A stretch of 64,000 nt of DNA from positions 322,644-386,643 of the forward strand of contig CAVVWM010000003.1 of NCBI GenBank assembly GCA_963751955.1. Direction: 5' to 3'. A program made the translations under genes and the position numbers. Positions 1 through 9,570 of this stretch are shown here, piece after piece (the stretch's first letter is position 1; each line of letters begins with the position of its first letter). The notes below the pieces were generated by a model. The model saw only the letters and a program-made list of their open reading frames with translations, did not search any database and had not been told where the DNA came from. Source of the stretch: an uncultured Acidimicrobiales bacterium (GTDB lineage Bacteria > Actinomycetota > Acidimicrobiia > Acidimicrobiales > SZUA-35).

Positions 1-255
1 TGCTTTGTCGTGAACGACTACTTCGCCGATCGTGTCACACTCGGCGGTCGCATATTCTGGGTGTGAACCCACGTCGAGGTACAGGCGGGCGCCGTTGGCC
101 AAGAAGACGTTCGATGACCTTCCCCAACTGACCACCTTCCGGAAGAGATAGCGGGCCACTTCATCAGGACTGAGGCGACGTTGGCCCCGTAGTGTGCACG
201 TGACCCCGTACTCGGTTTCGATCCCATAGATCCGTCGACTGAACCCCACGGCCAC
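1..255 (-). CDS. pafA: Pup--protein ligase PafA, 5' fragment (gene runs off the window start)
   Basis: Absent from the ORF track because there is no stop in the window. My minus-strand translation from GTG at 255 reads [74 protein letters not shown]. This is the canonical PafA N-terminus. The track ORFs 18..257 and 164..349 are wrong frames of this gene. Confidence 0.85.
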   Translation of the reverse strand, partial: MAVGFSRRIYGIETEYGVTCTLRGQRRLSPDEVARYLFRKVVSWGRSSNVFLANGARLYLDVGSHPEYATAECDTIGEVVVHDKA

Positions 256-296
256 AAACTAACCGACCTGTTCCAAACTTCAGCATCAAGTGCGCC

Positions 297-971
297 CTAT
301 CGCTGGGCTGGGACCTGACCGACAATCTCCAAAACCCGCTGGTCCTCAAGTTGACCCAGGCCTACGCGAGCAGCCCAGAGAGCGGCTTCGGTTCGATTCC
401 GGACATCGATCTTGGTGAACACTCTGGACACATAGGTCTTCACTGTTTCCACCGAGAGGTAGAGAGTTTGAGCAATCTCGGCATTCGTTCGGCCCGCCGC
501 CATGAGCGCAAGCACTTCGGCTTCGCGGAAGGAGAGGTCTTTAACGAGCGGCGCGGACCTATCGATCTCTTCGCTCACCGAACCGAGGTCTTGCACAAAA
601 CACCCTGATGCAGCGTCAACAAGCAACTTGGCCAGGGCTTCCCGGTGGGTTGCCTTGGAGATCACTCCCGACAGACCCACCGCCTTCGCCCACTCGATCA
701 AGGGTTCGGGAACCGTGAACGAGTAGAGGACAACTGCGCCGATGCTCGGGTCTTCGATTGCAGAACGCATGCGGCCCAACAGATCCTGGGATCCGCCGAA
801 GGTATCGATCAAGAGGACGTCCGTAGGTTCGACATGCGTATCGCCGATGAGGATCTGTGCGAATTCGAATTCGGCTCGGTGAGCAAGCATCGACTCAAGG
901 CCTCGAACCACCAATTCGACATCGTTGGCCAAGCTGACCCGAGTGGTTGCCATGCCTCGATGGTGGATCAA
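297..971 (-). CDS. NarL/LuxR-family response regulator (REC-like domain plus LuxR HTH)
   Basis: C-terminal LuxR HTH LSFREAEVLALMAAGRTNAEIAQTLYLSVETVKTYVSRVFTKIDV. The N-terminal receiver-like domain has a candidate phospho-acceptor in DVLLIDTFG and a conserved Lys in VISKAT, but the N-terminal acidic pair is reduced to ND. The start may be Met7 (953). Confidence 0.8.
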   Translation of the reverse strand: MIHHRGMATTRVSLANDVELVVRGLESMLAHRAEFEFAQILIGDTHVEPTDVLLIDTFGGSQDLLGRMRSAIEDPSIGAVVLYSFTVPEPLIEWAKAVGLSGVISKATHREALAKLLVDAASGCFVQDLGSVSEEIDRSAPLVKDLSFREAEVLALMAAGRTNAEIAQTLYLSVETVKTYVSRVFTKIDVRNRTEAALWAARVGLGQLEDQRVLEIVGQVPAQR

Positions 972-1083
972 CCCGGGTACTTAATGCTAAATCAGACGAA
1001 GTTTTCTGACCCGAGGTAGGAGACCGAAGGAAATCGGGCTGACACCAAGTGAGCCTCTGGCCAGAATGGTCGTCGTTGCTGTT

Positions 1084-1757
1084 CTAGGCCAACAGCTCAG
1101 CGATCTCGTCGTTGTCGAGTCGCCGATAACAACGTCCTTCAACGTGGCGATCTAGCACTCCGACTTCGAGCAGTTCTGGGGTCAACGGTGTCTCACCGGA
1201 CAAAGCTTCAACGGCGAGCTTCAACGCTGCGGAGAAGGACATCTCCGATGTGTCTGGGTTCGCGAGATTCTCTCGAACGCGTCGGCGTCCCCGCCCAATG
1301 CTGCGAAGCCGTCCTCGTCGGTGACCGAACCGTCATAACGGATGTGGAACATCCTGTCGTCGGCAGTCGTGGCACCTACAGAGGCAACCAGAATCTCTAC
1401 TTCCATCGGCTTCACATCGTGGGTGAAGACCTGGCTCATCATTTGTGCGTATTGGTTCGCAAGAGTCTGAGAGTCGACATCATCGCGGCTGTAGGCGTAA
1501 CCCCTGAGATCGGCGGCCCTGATGCCCGCGATTCTTAGCTGGTCGTACTCGTTGTACTTCCCCACGCCGGCGAAGGCGATGCGGTCATAGATCTCAGAAA
1601 TCTTCCGTAGGTTCCGGCTGGGATTCTCTGCACACAGGATGACCCCATCGGCACATTCGATGGTCACGAGGCTGCGACCGCGAGCAATCCCCTTTCGAGC
1701 GAAGTCGGCGCGATCCCGCATCATCTGCTCGGGTGGTACGTAGAACGGCATGTTCAC
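1084..1757 (-). CDS. prcA: 20S proteasome alpha subunit, reading frame broken near 1270
   Basis: Track ORF 1221..1757 reads PFYVPPEQMMRDRADFARKGIARGRSLV..., typical of actinobacterial PrcA, and ends in out-of-frame text after GGDADAFE. Shifting one frame gives ENLANPDTSEMSFSAALKLAVEALSGETPLTPELLEVGVLDRHVEGRCYRRLDNDEIAELLA with a stop at 1084, the expected PrcA C-terminus. The GTG start overlaps the prcB stop. Confidence 0.85.
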
Positions 1758-2548
1758 TGCGAAACCTCCCCATCGTTGATCGTGTCGATGTACCGAGCGA
1801 AACGTTCAGCGATCTCCTCTTCGGTCGCCTCCTCATACCCTTCTGAGTTGATTGCGGCCACGATGGGGTAGATCTTGCGGAGCGGATCGGGTCCGCCTGT
1901 CGCCGAATCTTCGTCAGCAGCCGTGTAGAGCGCCTTGATCACCAAATCGATCGCCTCTTCTCGCGACTGCTCGGGGCGATGGCCAAGCTTGATGACCGTT
2001 CGAGCGTGGAGCGAGCCCGAACCGGATGCTACGTAATTCATCTCTTCGTAGCGGCCGCCCGTGACATCGAAAGCCCACACTCGGCCACGGTCCCGGCGGC
2101 GATCGAACCCTGCAAAAATCGGAACAACCACCATCCCCTGCATCGCGGCCGGGAGGTTTCCTCTCACCATCGTCGACAGCTGATTCGCTTTGCCTTCCAG
2201 CGACAACGAGTTACCTTCGATTTTTTCGTAATGTTCCACTTGCAGTTGAAACATCTTGATCATCTCGATGGCGGGACCGGCGGCGCCGGCTATGGCAACA
2301 CCACTCCACCGGTCCGCAGGAAAGACCTTCTTCATGTTCCGATGGCTGATCAGGTTTCCACTGGTCGCCCGACGATCGCCGGCTATCACGACACCATCGG
2401 CATAGGTGGATGCAACGACTGTGGTCCCGTGCGTGATGTCGACTCCCGAGGTCACCGATGAGAAGTCTGGGGCGAGCCCGTAGCTCTTGACCAAACCAGC
2501 AAAACTTGGCCCCGGATCGTCGTGGAGCGGGAAGTTGGGAAGGCTCAC
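1754..2548 (-). CDS. prcB: 20S proteasome beta subunit with propeptide
   Basis: Propeptide followed by [10 protein letters not shown] (Thr1 nucleophile), then GDRRATSG, then the K of NMKKVF. The GTG start overlaps the pup stop (GTGA). Confidence 0.95.
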   Translation of the reverse strand: MSLPNFPLHDDPGPSFAGLVKSYGLAPDFSSVTSGVDITHGTTVVASTYADGVVIAGDRRATSGNLISHRNMKKVFPADRWSGVAIAGAAGPAIEMIKMFQLQVEHYEKIEGNSLSLEGKANQLSTMVRGNLPAAMQGMVVVPIFAGFDRRRDRGRVWAFDVTGGRYEEMNYVASGSGSLHARTVIKLGHRPEQSREEAIDLVIKALYTAADEDSATGGPDPLRKIYPIVAAINSEGYEEATEEEIAERFARYIDTINDGEVSQ

Positions 2549-2745
2549 TGGCCACCCTTCTGGATGTAGCTCTTCACGAAGTCCTCTGCGTTGGTTTCAA
2601 GAACCTCGTCGATCTCATCGAGGAGGTCGTCCAATTCAGCCTTCAGCTCCTCGCCTTTGGCGCTAACTTGCGCCTGGCCAGCCCCGCCGGATCCGCTGTC
2701 GTCCCGGGGAGGTGCATTTTTCTTGATTTGCTCACGCTCAGCCAT
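2545..2745 (-). CDS. pup: Prokaryotic ubiquitin-like protein Pup (C-terminal GGQ)
   Basis: 66 aa. Has the disordered N-terminus, the helical [29 protein letters not shown] and the terminal GGQ. Sits immediately upstream of prcBA. Confidence 0.95.
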   Translation of the reverse strand: MAEREQIKKNAPPRDDSGSGGAGQAQVSAKGEELKAELDDLLDEIDEVLETNAEDFVKSYIQKGGQ

Positions 2746-2783
2746 GTCCTACCTTGCCTCGATTGATTCTCGCCTGGGCGACC

Positions 2784-4305
2784 CTAGCCGCCCAACTTTT
2801 CGAGCAGCTCTGTGACGGTGTCACATTCATCCAGCAGAGTACCCACATGAGCGGCCGTCCCCCGAGTCGGTTCCATCATCGGAACTCGCCGGAGCGGGTC
2901 GTCGCCGACGTCGAACACGATCGAATCCCAGTTCGCGGCCACAACCTGATCGGCGAACTTCTGGAGGCAACGGCCCCGGAAATACGCCCGAGTGTCTTCG
3001 GGTGGGTGAGTCATTGCGTGTTCTGCATCGTCATCAGACACCAATGCGGCCAAGCCAGCCTTGGCAGCCAAACACTTCGTCGGCCGCATGTCGTGGTATT
3101 GGAGGTCCAGGGCTCGCAGCCGCGAATCATCCCATTCGCATCCGTGCCGATCTCTGAATCCGTCAAGGATCCGTCGTTTGGCAACCCAATCGACTATCGA
3201 TGCCACCGATCCGGGATCGGATTCGAGACCGGCGAGCACCTCACCCCATGTGCTGAGGATCTGCTTCCCGACCTCCTCGCCACCGACATTGTCGAAGCCA
3301 CGTCGTCCGGTGTACTTCTCGGCCTGCTCGAGCAGGTCGTACTGGATCTCCAGTGCGGTCATCGTGGCGCCTCCGTGAAGACGCAACGGCTTCCGCAGGG
3401 TCAGGTCGTGGCTTACCTGGTGCAATGCAGCAACGGGATCGTCGAACTCTCGATCGAGGTTCATCGCCCCGTCCTCGATCATTGCAAACACGATCTGACT
3501 CGTGCCGACCTTCAAGAAGGTGGCTGTCTGGGACATGTTGGCGTCGCCCACGATCACGTGGAGGCGGCGATACCGCTGACTGTCGGCGTGGGGCTCGTCA
3601 CGTGTATTGACGATGGGGCGCTTGAGCGTTGTTTCGAGGCCGACTTCTTCCTCGAAGTGTTCGGCTCGCTGGGTAATTTGGTACGGGACGTCGCGGATGG
3701 AAACCCCGGGTAACTCCGAGCCGACCTTGCCCGAACCGGTGAATATTTGCCGCGTTACGAAATGCCAGGTAGCACCGGTGACGATCTGGCCGAAGGGAAG
3801 ATTCCGGTCAAGCAAGTAGTTTTCGTGGGTGCCGTATGCATTGCCTTTTCGATCGCTGTTGTCCTTGTACAAGACCAACTCTTGTCCGGGTGGAAGCATC
3901 TCGTTTGCCGCTGCCATCGACTGGATTCCGATGAGTTCTGCGGCCCGATCCCACATGACGATGCTGAGTGCATCGGCACACTCGGGTGTTGAGATCTCCG
4001 GGTGTGCGTGGTCAACGTAGTAGCGGGCTCCGTTTGTGAGAACCGCATTGACGAGGTGCGTCTCTACCTCGGGAGGCATCGCGAAATTCGGGCGGCAGGA
4101 AGTCGCGGGCGTCGGCCCCAGGTGTCTCGTCGATGAAGTCCCAGGCGATGGCCGGTGACCGTTCGTTTACGGCGCCGGACCCGCCGGCACCGAGGTAGGC
4201 ATTGATCAGCAGGCTCGATGCTGAGACCGGGTTCCAGTCCGAGGAACCACGGATCATGATTCCGTACTCAGTCTCGATTCCTACGATCTTGGGAACTGCC
4301 ACCAC
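2784..4305 (-). CDS. dop: Pup deamidase/depupylase Dop, reading frame broken near 4082
   Basis: ORF 4012..4305 gives the N-terminus KIVGIETEYGI...DFLPPEF. ORF 2784..4079 continues MPPEVETHLVNAVLTNGARYYVDHAHPEISTPE...EVGLETTLKRPIVNTRDEPHAD...RRLHVIVGDANMS. The two pieces differ by one frame and total 1522 nt. A Dop-type loop and the position next to pup separate it from PafA. Confidence 0.85.
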
Positions 4306-4615
4306 CGCAGACTACCGGAGGGTCGTCACCCCACCGAATAATCGACCCACACAGATTTCTCCCAAAAATCGTGGCCCCGCTACACCTGCGGTAGTTCCCC
4401 AACGCCAGAACAGCTGAGTGTGGTGGCGCCACGACAGATCGCACTGCGTCATGGGTCCGATTCAGGGTTTGGCGTCCAAGCGAGATCTGAGTCAGACCCG
4501 ATGTTTGAAACCGGCACGGGAAGGCCAAGATCTGACGAGAAGAGCTTAGGTCAGAGGGTCGCGATGGGTGGGCTGTGACCCGCAACCCTCACCGGTCCGG
4601 GCCCCTGCAAGGGAA

Positions 4616-6421
4616 CTACAGATACTGGCCGGTGGCGACCTGTTCGATCGACTTGCCGCCCTTGCTCTCGGAGCCCCCGGGGCCGATGAGAGTGCGAACG
4701 TACACGATGCGCTCACCCTTCTTGCCCGAGATCTTGGCCCAGTCATCGGGATTCGTGGTGTTCGGCAGGTCTTCCTGCTCCTTGAACTCTTGGGTGACCG
4801 ACGCAAGAAGGTCCTCGGTCTTGATGCCCTTTTCGCCCTCGGCAAGGAACCGCTTGATGGCCAACTTCTTGGACCGTCGCACGATGTTCTCGATCATGGC
4901 CCCACTACTGAAGTCGCGGAAGTACAGCACTTCCTTGTCGCCATTCTGGTAGGTGACCTCGAGGAACCGGGTGTCGTCGTCGGTTCGATACATGAAGTCG
5001 ACAGCCTTGTCCACCATGGCCACGATCGCATCGTCGCGGTGGGGAACCTTGTCGGTCTCCGAAACGTGGATTGGTAGCTCCGGTGTGAGGTAGCGATTGA
5101 AGATTGCGTGCGCTGCCTCTGGGCCAGGACGCTCGATCTTGATCTTCACATCAAGGCGGCCGGGTCGTAGAATTGCGGGGTCGATGAGATCTTCACGGTT
5201 CGACGCGCCGATTACGATCGTGTTCTTCAAGGTCTCAACACCGTCGATCTCGGCGAGAAGCTGAGGGACGATGGTGCTCTCGATATCGGAACTGATGCCG
5301 CTGCCCCGGGTTCTGAACAACGATTCCATCTCGTCGAAGAAGATGATGACGGGGATTCCCTCTTCGCTCTTCTCTCGAGCCCGCTGGAAGATGAGCCGGA
5401 TCTGGCGTTCGGTCTCACCGACGTATTTGTTCAGCAGTTCTGGTCCCTTGATGTTCAGGAAGAAGCTGCGGGTCTCAGTGTCGCCGCTCTTTTCGGCAAC
5501 CTTGCGAGCCAACGATGCGGCGACGGCCTTTGCGATCAGAGTCTTGCCACATCCGGGAGGGCCGTACAGAAGAATGCCCTTTGGCGCGGGCAACTCATGT
5601 TCGGTGAAGAGGTCACTGTGGAGGAACGGCAACTCCACTGCATCGGTGATCGCTTCGATCTGTGCATCGAGTCCGCCGATGTCGCTGTAGGCGACATCGG
5701 GCACTTCTTCGAGCACGAGGTCTTCCACCTCTGACTTTGGCAACCGTTCGATCAACAACGACGATCGGCCGTCGAGGAGCAGCGAGTCACCGGCTCGGAT
5801 GTGTTCGTCGTAGAGGTGCTCGGCCAACTGGGCAACCCGCTCCTCGTCCGCTCGTCCAACGACAATTGCCCGCTTTTTGTCGGCCATCAGTTCCTTCACG
5901 GTGACCACTTCGCCGGCGGTGTCGGGATCTCGTACCATCACCACATTCAGGCTTTCGTTGAGAACCACTTCGGCCCCTCGTTGAAGTTCTGCCTCGTCAA
6001 TGGCCGGGTGAACCTCGACCTTCATCTTGCGACCGCTTGTGAAGATGTCGACGGTTTCGTCGTCGTTGACCCCGATCAGGGTTCCGTAGGCCGAAGGAGG
6101 TTGGGTCAGCTTGTCGACTTCATCCCGCAGCGCACTGATCTGTTCGCGCGACTCACGAAGGGTGTAGGTGAGCTTTTCGTTCTGGTTGACCGCCTGGGAC
6201 AGCTGCCCTTTGGTGTCGAGCAAGCGCTCCTCCAGGGTGCGGACTCGCTTGGGAGCGTCCTGGAGCCGACGCCGCAGTGCGACGTTCTCCTCTTCCATTC
6301 CTTTGACCTGCTCTTGAAGTTCTGCCAGGCTCGCTTCATAGCTGGCCAGTCGCTTCTCATATTCTGAAGTACTGATGGCCTGATCTCCTTGAAACCTGCG
6401 CCCAAATCGATGGGCGTTCAC
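4616..6421 (-). CDS. mpa: Proteasome-associated AAA ATPase Mpa/ARC
   Basis: N-terminal coiled coil and OB domains. Walker [14 protein letters not shown], Walker [11 protein letters not shown]-terminal penultimate-Tyr docking motif ...ATGQYL. Colinear with my recollection of mycobacterial Mpa. Confidence 0.95.
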   Translation of the reverse strand: MNAHRFGRRFQGDQAISTSEYEKRLASYEASLAELQEQVKGMEEENVALRRRLQDAPKRVRTLEERLLDTKGQLSQAVNQNEKLTYTLRESREQISALRDEVDKLTQPPSAYGTLIGVNDDETVDIFTSGRKMKVEVHPAIDEAELQRGAEVVLNESLNVVMVRDPDTAGEVVTVKELMADKKRAIVVGRADEERVAQLAEHLYDEHIRAGDSLLLDGRSSLLIERLPKSEVEDLVLEEVPDVAYSDIGGLDAQIEAITDAVELPFLHSDLFTEHELPAPKGILLYGPPGCGKTLIAKAVAASLARKVAEKSGDTETRSFFLNIKGPELLNKYVGETERQIRLIFQRAREKSEEGIPVIIFFDEMESLFRTRGSGISSDIESTIVPQLLAEIDGVETLKNTIVIGASNREDLIDPAILRPGRLDVKIKIERPGPEAAHAIFNRYLTPELPIHVSETDKVPHRDDAIVAMVDKAVDFMYRTDDDTRFLEVTYQNGDKEVLYFRDFSSGAMIENIVRRSKKLAIKRFLAEGEKGIKTEDLLASVTQEFKEQEDLPNTTNPDDWAKISGKKGERIVYVRTLIGPGGSESKGGKSIEQVATGQYL

Positions 6422-6505
6422 CTTACGACACTACTCCGTTCACACAGGTTGGGAGAACCGGGTTGCGCCGATCGTGCTCCATCGGCCGATATGTCCCGAA
6501 ACTGA

Positions 6506-8569
6506 TCACGTGAGGGTTGCGATGAGGAAGGCAAGCACCTCGGCTTCGTCACGCCAAGCGTCGTATCTCCCGGTGGAACCGAAGTGTCCGGCACCCATTT
6601 CTGTTTTCAGGAGGATCGGCTTGGTTCCGGTGTTCATCTCTCTCAGTCGCAGCACCCACTTGGCCGGTTCCCAGAACCGCACCCTCGGGTCGTTGAGGCC
6701 AGCGGTCACAAACATCGCCGGATAGTCGGCCTCTGTGATGTTCTCATACGGGCTATACGACATCATCGCCCGGTAGATCGCCTCGGAATCAAGCGGATTG
6801 CCCCACTCATCCCATTCGATTTGGGTGAGTTGTTGGCTGGTGTCGATCATGGTGTTCACAACATCTACGAATGGGACTTCGGCGACGACAGCGCCAAAGA
6901 GGGCGGGGTCTCGATTGAGTGTCGCTCCAACGAGGAGTCCACCGGCGGAACCGCCCCGAATGCCGAGCTGTTCAGGTGTGGTGAGTCCACGTTCGATCAG
7001 TTCCCGCGCGCACGTTTCGAAGTCGCTGAAGCTTCGGACCTTGTTCTCGTACTTGGCGGCCTCGTACCACGCACGGCCGAGCTCACCTCCACCTCTCACG
7101 TGCGCAATAGCGAAGGTGAAGCCACGATCAAGAAGTGACAGCCGAGCGATCGAGAAGCTGGGGTCCATGGCAGCTTCGTAGGCGCCATAGCCATAGAGCA
7201 CGGCGGGATGCGGGCCTTCACCTCGATCTCGGCGCCAAACAAGAATGATCGGCACCTCGGTGCCGTCCTCGGCGGTGGCCCAGATGCGATCGGTTGCATA
7301 GGTGGCGGAATCGAAACCGCCGAGCACCGGGGTCTGCTTCAGTACGGTGCGATCCCTCGTAAGCAGATCATAGGAACACACCATCGGGGGTGTAACCATG
7401 CTGGAGTACACGTATCGGAACGCTGTCACGTCCGGTTCTGGGTTCGCCCCCGGGTACACGGTGCTGACCGTCTCTGGTTGGTCCATGACGTACTCCTCAC
7501 CGTCATCAAGGTCCCGAATACGGAGCTGAAGAAGCCCCTTGCTCCGCTCCACGAGCACCATGTGTTTTTTGAAGATGTCGAACCCGGCGAGAGTGACTTC
7601 ATCGCGATGGGGAACCTCCTCCTCCCATGCCGACTCCGGTGGGTTGCCGGCTGCCACAACCTCAGCGGGCGCCGAGAGCAGCCTGAAGTTCTTCGCATCC
7701 CGATTGGTGTGCATGTAGAACCGGCTCTGTTGCCCAGGCGAGGTTCTGTGGCCGATGTGGTACTCGATTCCGAACGAGCGCGGCGCAATGACAACCGGTG
7801 CGACGCTGAGATCGTCGGCGGGAATCAGGAGTATCTCGTCTGTGACGGCTGATCCGAGACCTATGTGAACGAAACTGTCATCTCGTTCTTTGCTGAGTCC
7901 AACAAAGAACTGCTGGTCCGGCTCCTCGAAAATCAGTGTGTCGCTGCCGGGGTTGGTTCCAACAACATGCCGCCAGATCTGAAACGGCCTGTGGGTGTCG
8001 TCGGGCCGCACATACAGGAACGATGTTCCATGATTGTCCCATGCAGAACCCGACATCACACCGTCGATGTTCAGCGGCTCCGTGGTCCCGGAGTCGATGT
8101 CGAGAAGGTGAAGTCTGTAGGTCTCGTCGCCGTCGGTATCTACTCCATACAGGCACTGGGAGTGATCTCTGGAGATGTCGAAGACTCCCAGGTCGAAGTA
8201 GTCGTGACCCTCTGCCAGGGTATTCTCATCGATCAGTACTATCTCGGGACCGGGTTCACCTCCTTGAATCGGGGCCAGCCGTCGACAGTGCGTCCCATAT
8301 TGTTTGCCTTCCTCGGTTCGCCCGTAGTACTCCCATTGATCCTTCTTGATCGGAACGCTCAGGTCAGTCTCCTGAACCCTGGTCTTGATCTCGTCGAAAA
8401 TGGACTCATTCAGTTCCCTCAGCGAGGAAGTGAAGTTTCTGACGTGTTCGTTCTCCGCTTCGAGGAAAGCAAGAACCTGTTGGGCGTCGGGGTTCTCCAG
8501 CCAGGCGTGGGGGTCTTCGACTCTGTCGTTCCAAAGTTCTCGTACGCGGGTTACAGGTGTGGTGCTCAC
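6506..8569 (-). CDS. S9A serine peptidase (oligopeptidase B / prolyl oligopeptidase family)
   Basis: 687 aa, with a beta-propeller N-terminal half and a C-terminal hydrolase carrying the nucleophile motif GGSAGGLLVGA and a distal GAGHFG His. Confidence 0.85.
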   Translation of the reverse strand: MSTTPVTRVRELWNDRVEDPHAWLENPDAQQVLAFLEAENEHVRNFTSSLRELNESIFDEIKTRVQETDLSVPIKKDQWEYYGRTEEGKQYGTHCRRLAPIQGGEPGPEIVLIDENTLAEGHDYFDLGVFDISRDHSQCLYGVDTDGDETYRLHLLDIDSGTTEPLNIDGVMSGSAWDNHGTSFLYVRPDDTHRPFQIWRHVVGTNPGSDTLIFEEPDQQFFVGLSKERDDSFVHIGLGSAVTDEILLIPADDLSVAPVVIAPRSFGIEYHIGHRTSPGQQSRFYMHTNRDAKNFRLLSAPAEVVAAGNPPESAWEEEVPHRDEVTLAGFDIFKKHMVLVERSKGLLQLRIRDLDDGEEYVMDQPETVSTVYPGANPEPDVTAFRYVYSSMVTPPMVCSYDLLTRDRTVLKQTPVLGGFDSATYATDRIWATAEDGTEVPIILVWRRDRGEGPHPAVLYGYGAYEAAMDPSFSIARLSLLDRGFTFAIAHVRGGGELGRAWYEAAKYENKVRSFSDFETCARELIERGLTTPEQLGIRGGSAGGLLVGATLNRDPALFGAVVAEVPFVDVVNTMIDTSQQLTQIEWDEWGNPLDSEAIYRAMMSYSPYENITEADYPAMFVTAGLNDPRVRFWEPAKWVLRLREMNTGTKPILLKTEMGAGHFGSTGRYDAWRDEAEVLAFLIATLT

Positions 8570-8749
8570 TACCGCTCAGTCTGCCCTTCTACGCACGGGT
8601 TCAGCCGCCCACAGCCAAGGACCCGTACGGTTCTGAACCGCGTTGACCGCACATCTCGAGGTCCTCAAGCATGCCGCTCTTGGAACACCGGTGTCGGCCC
8701 ATGGCCCCGATCTCGCCAGCCCGCCTGACTTCGAGCCCGAATCACTACG

Positions 8750-9450
8750 GTGAAACCGATGGTCAAGACGTATCCACAGACTGAGTTCTCTCCGCCACCA
8801 GGCTCCACTCGTCTCGTCTTGATCCGCCATGGACAATCGGTACCCCTCGTTGGGAATGAGACGTTCGCGCTCGTCGGCGGCCACGGTGACCCGCATCTGT
8901 CGCCCAGGGGTGTGATGCAGGCAGAGCGGGTAGCGGAGCGCCTCCTCGGTGAGCACATATCGGCGATCTACGCATCAAGTCTCACCCGCACACAGCAGAC
9001 GGCAGCCCCACTGGCAACGCGTTGCGAACTGGAAGTCCGAATCGAACCCGATCTACGGGAGGTTCTTCTCGGGGTGGGAGAAGGGGGGCGGTTTCGAATC
9101 ATGGTGGAAGAGGAACATCCGGCTGTGGCGGCGGTTCGAGCATCCAAGGATTGGGGAGAGATTCCGGGGGCGGAGACCAATTTGGAGTTGACCGATCGCG
9201 TCGTGGTGCGCTCGAGCGGATTCACTCCATACACCGGAACGAGGCGGTTGCCATTTTCTGCCATGGCGGTGTGATCGGAGCCGTCGTTGGCCACGCGTTG
9301 AGCGTTAACCCGTTCCGGATGTCGGGAGCCAGGAACGGATCGATCACCGAAGTCGTGCGAACCCCCACCGACTGGGTTCTTCGTAGCTTCAACGACGCCG
9401 GTCACATCGGGTCGCTTTTCTCAGACGATGACCCCTGCGACCTCGGATAA
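8750..9450 (+). CDS. Histidine phosphatase (phosphoglycerate-mutase-like) family protein, reading frame broken near 9205
   Basis: ORF 8750..9274 has LVLIRHGQS and SSLTRTQQTA. The expected C-terminal block ALERIHSIHRNEAVAIFCHGGVIGAVVGHAL lies in ORF 9022..9450, one frame off. The junction is around gtcgtggtgcgctc. Confidence 0.75.
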
Positions 9451-9570
9451 GGCCATGCAGACCTTTGCCCATTCAGTCACTCTGGGTGGGCGCGGCACCC
9501 TTATGAGTCAGACCCTCCCGGCTCTGGCATTTCGAATGCCCTAGTTTGGGGGTCGAGACACGGAGAGAAC

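Noticed and set aside
1260-4095. Programmed ribosomal frameshifting as the explanation for the prcA and dop shifts
   Set aside because: I see no slippery heptamer or obvious downstream stimulatory structure at either junction, and recoding is not known for these genes. Indel error or mutation is the simpler explanation.
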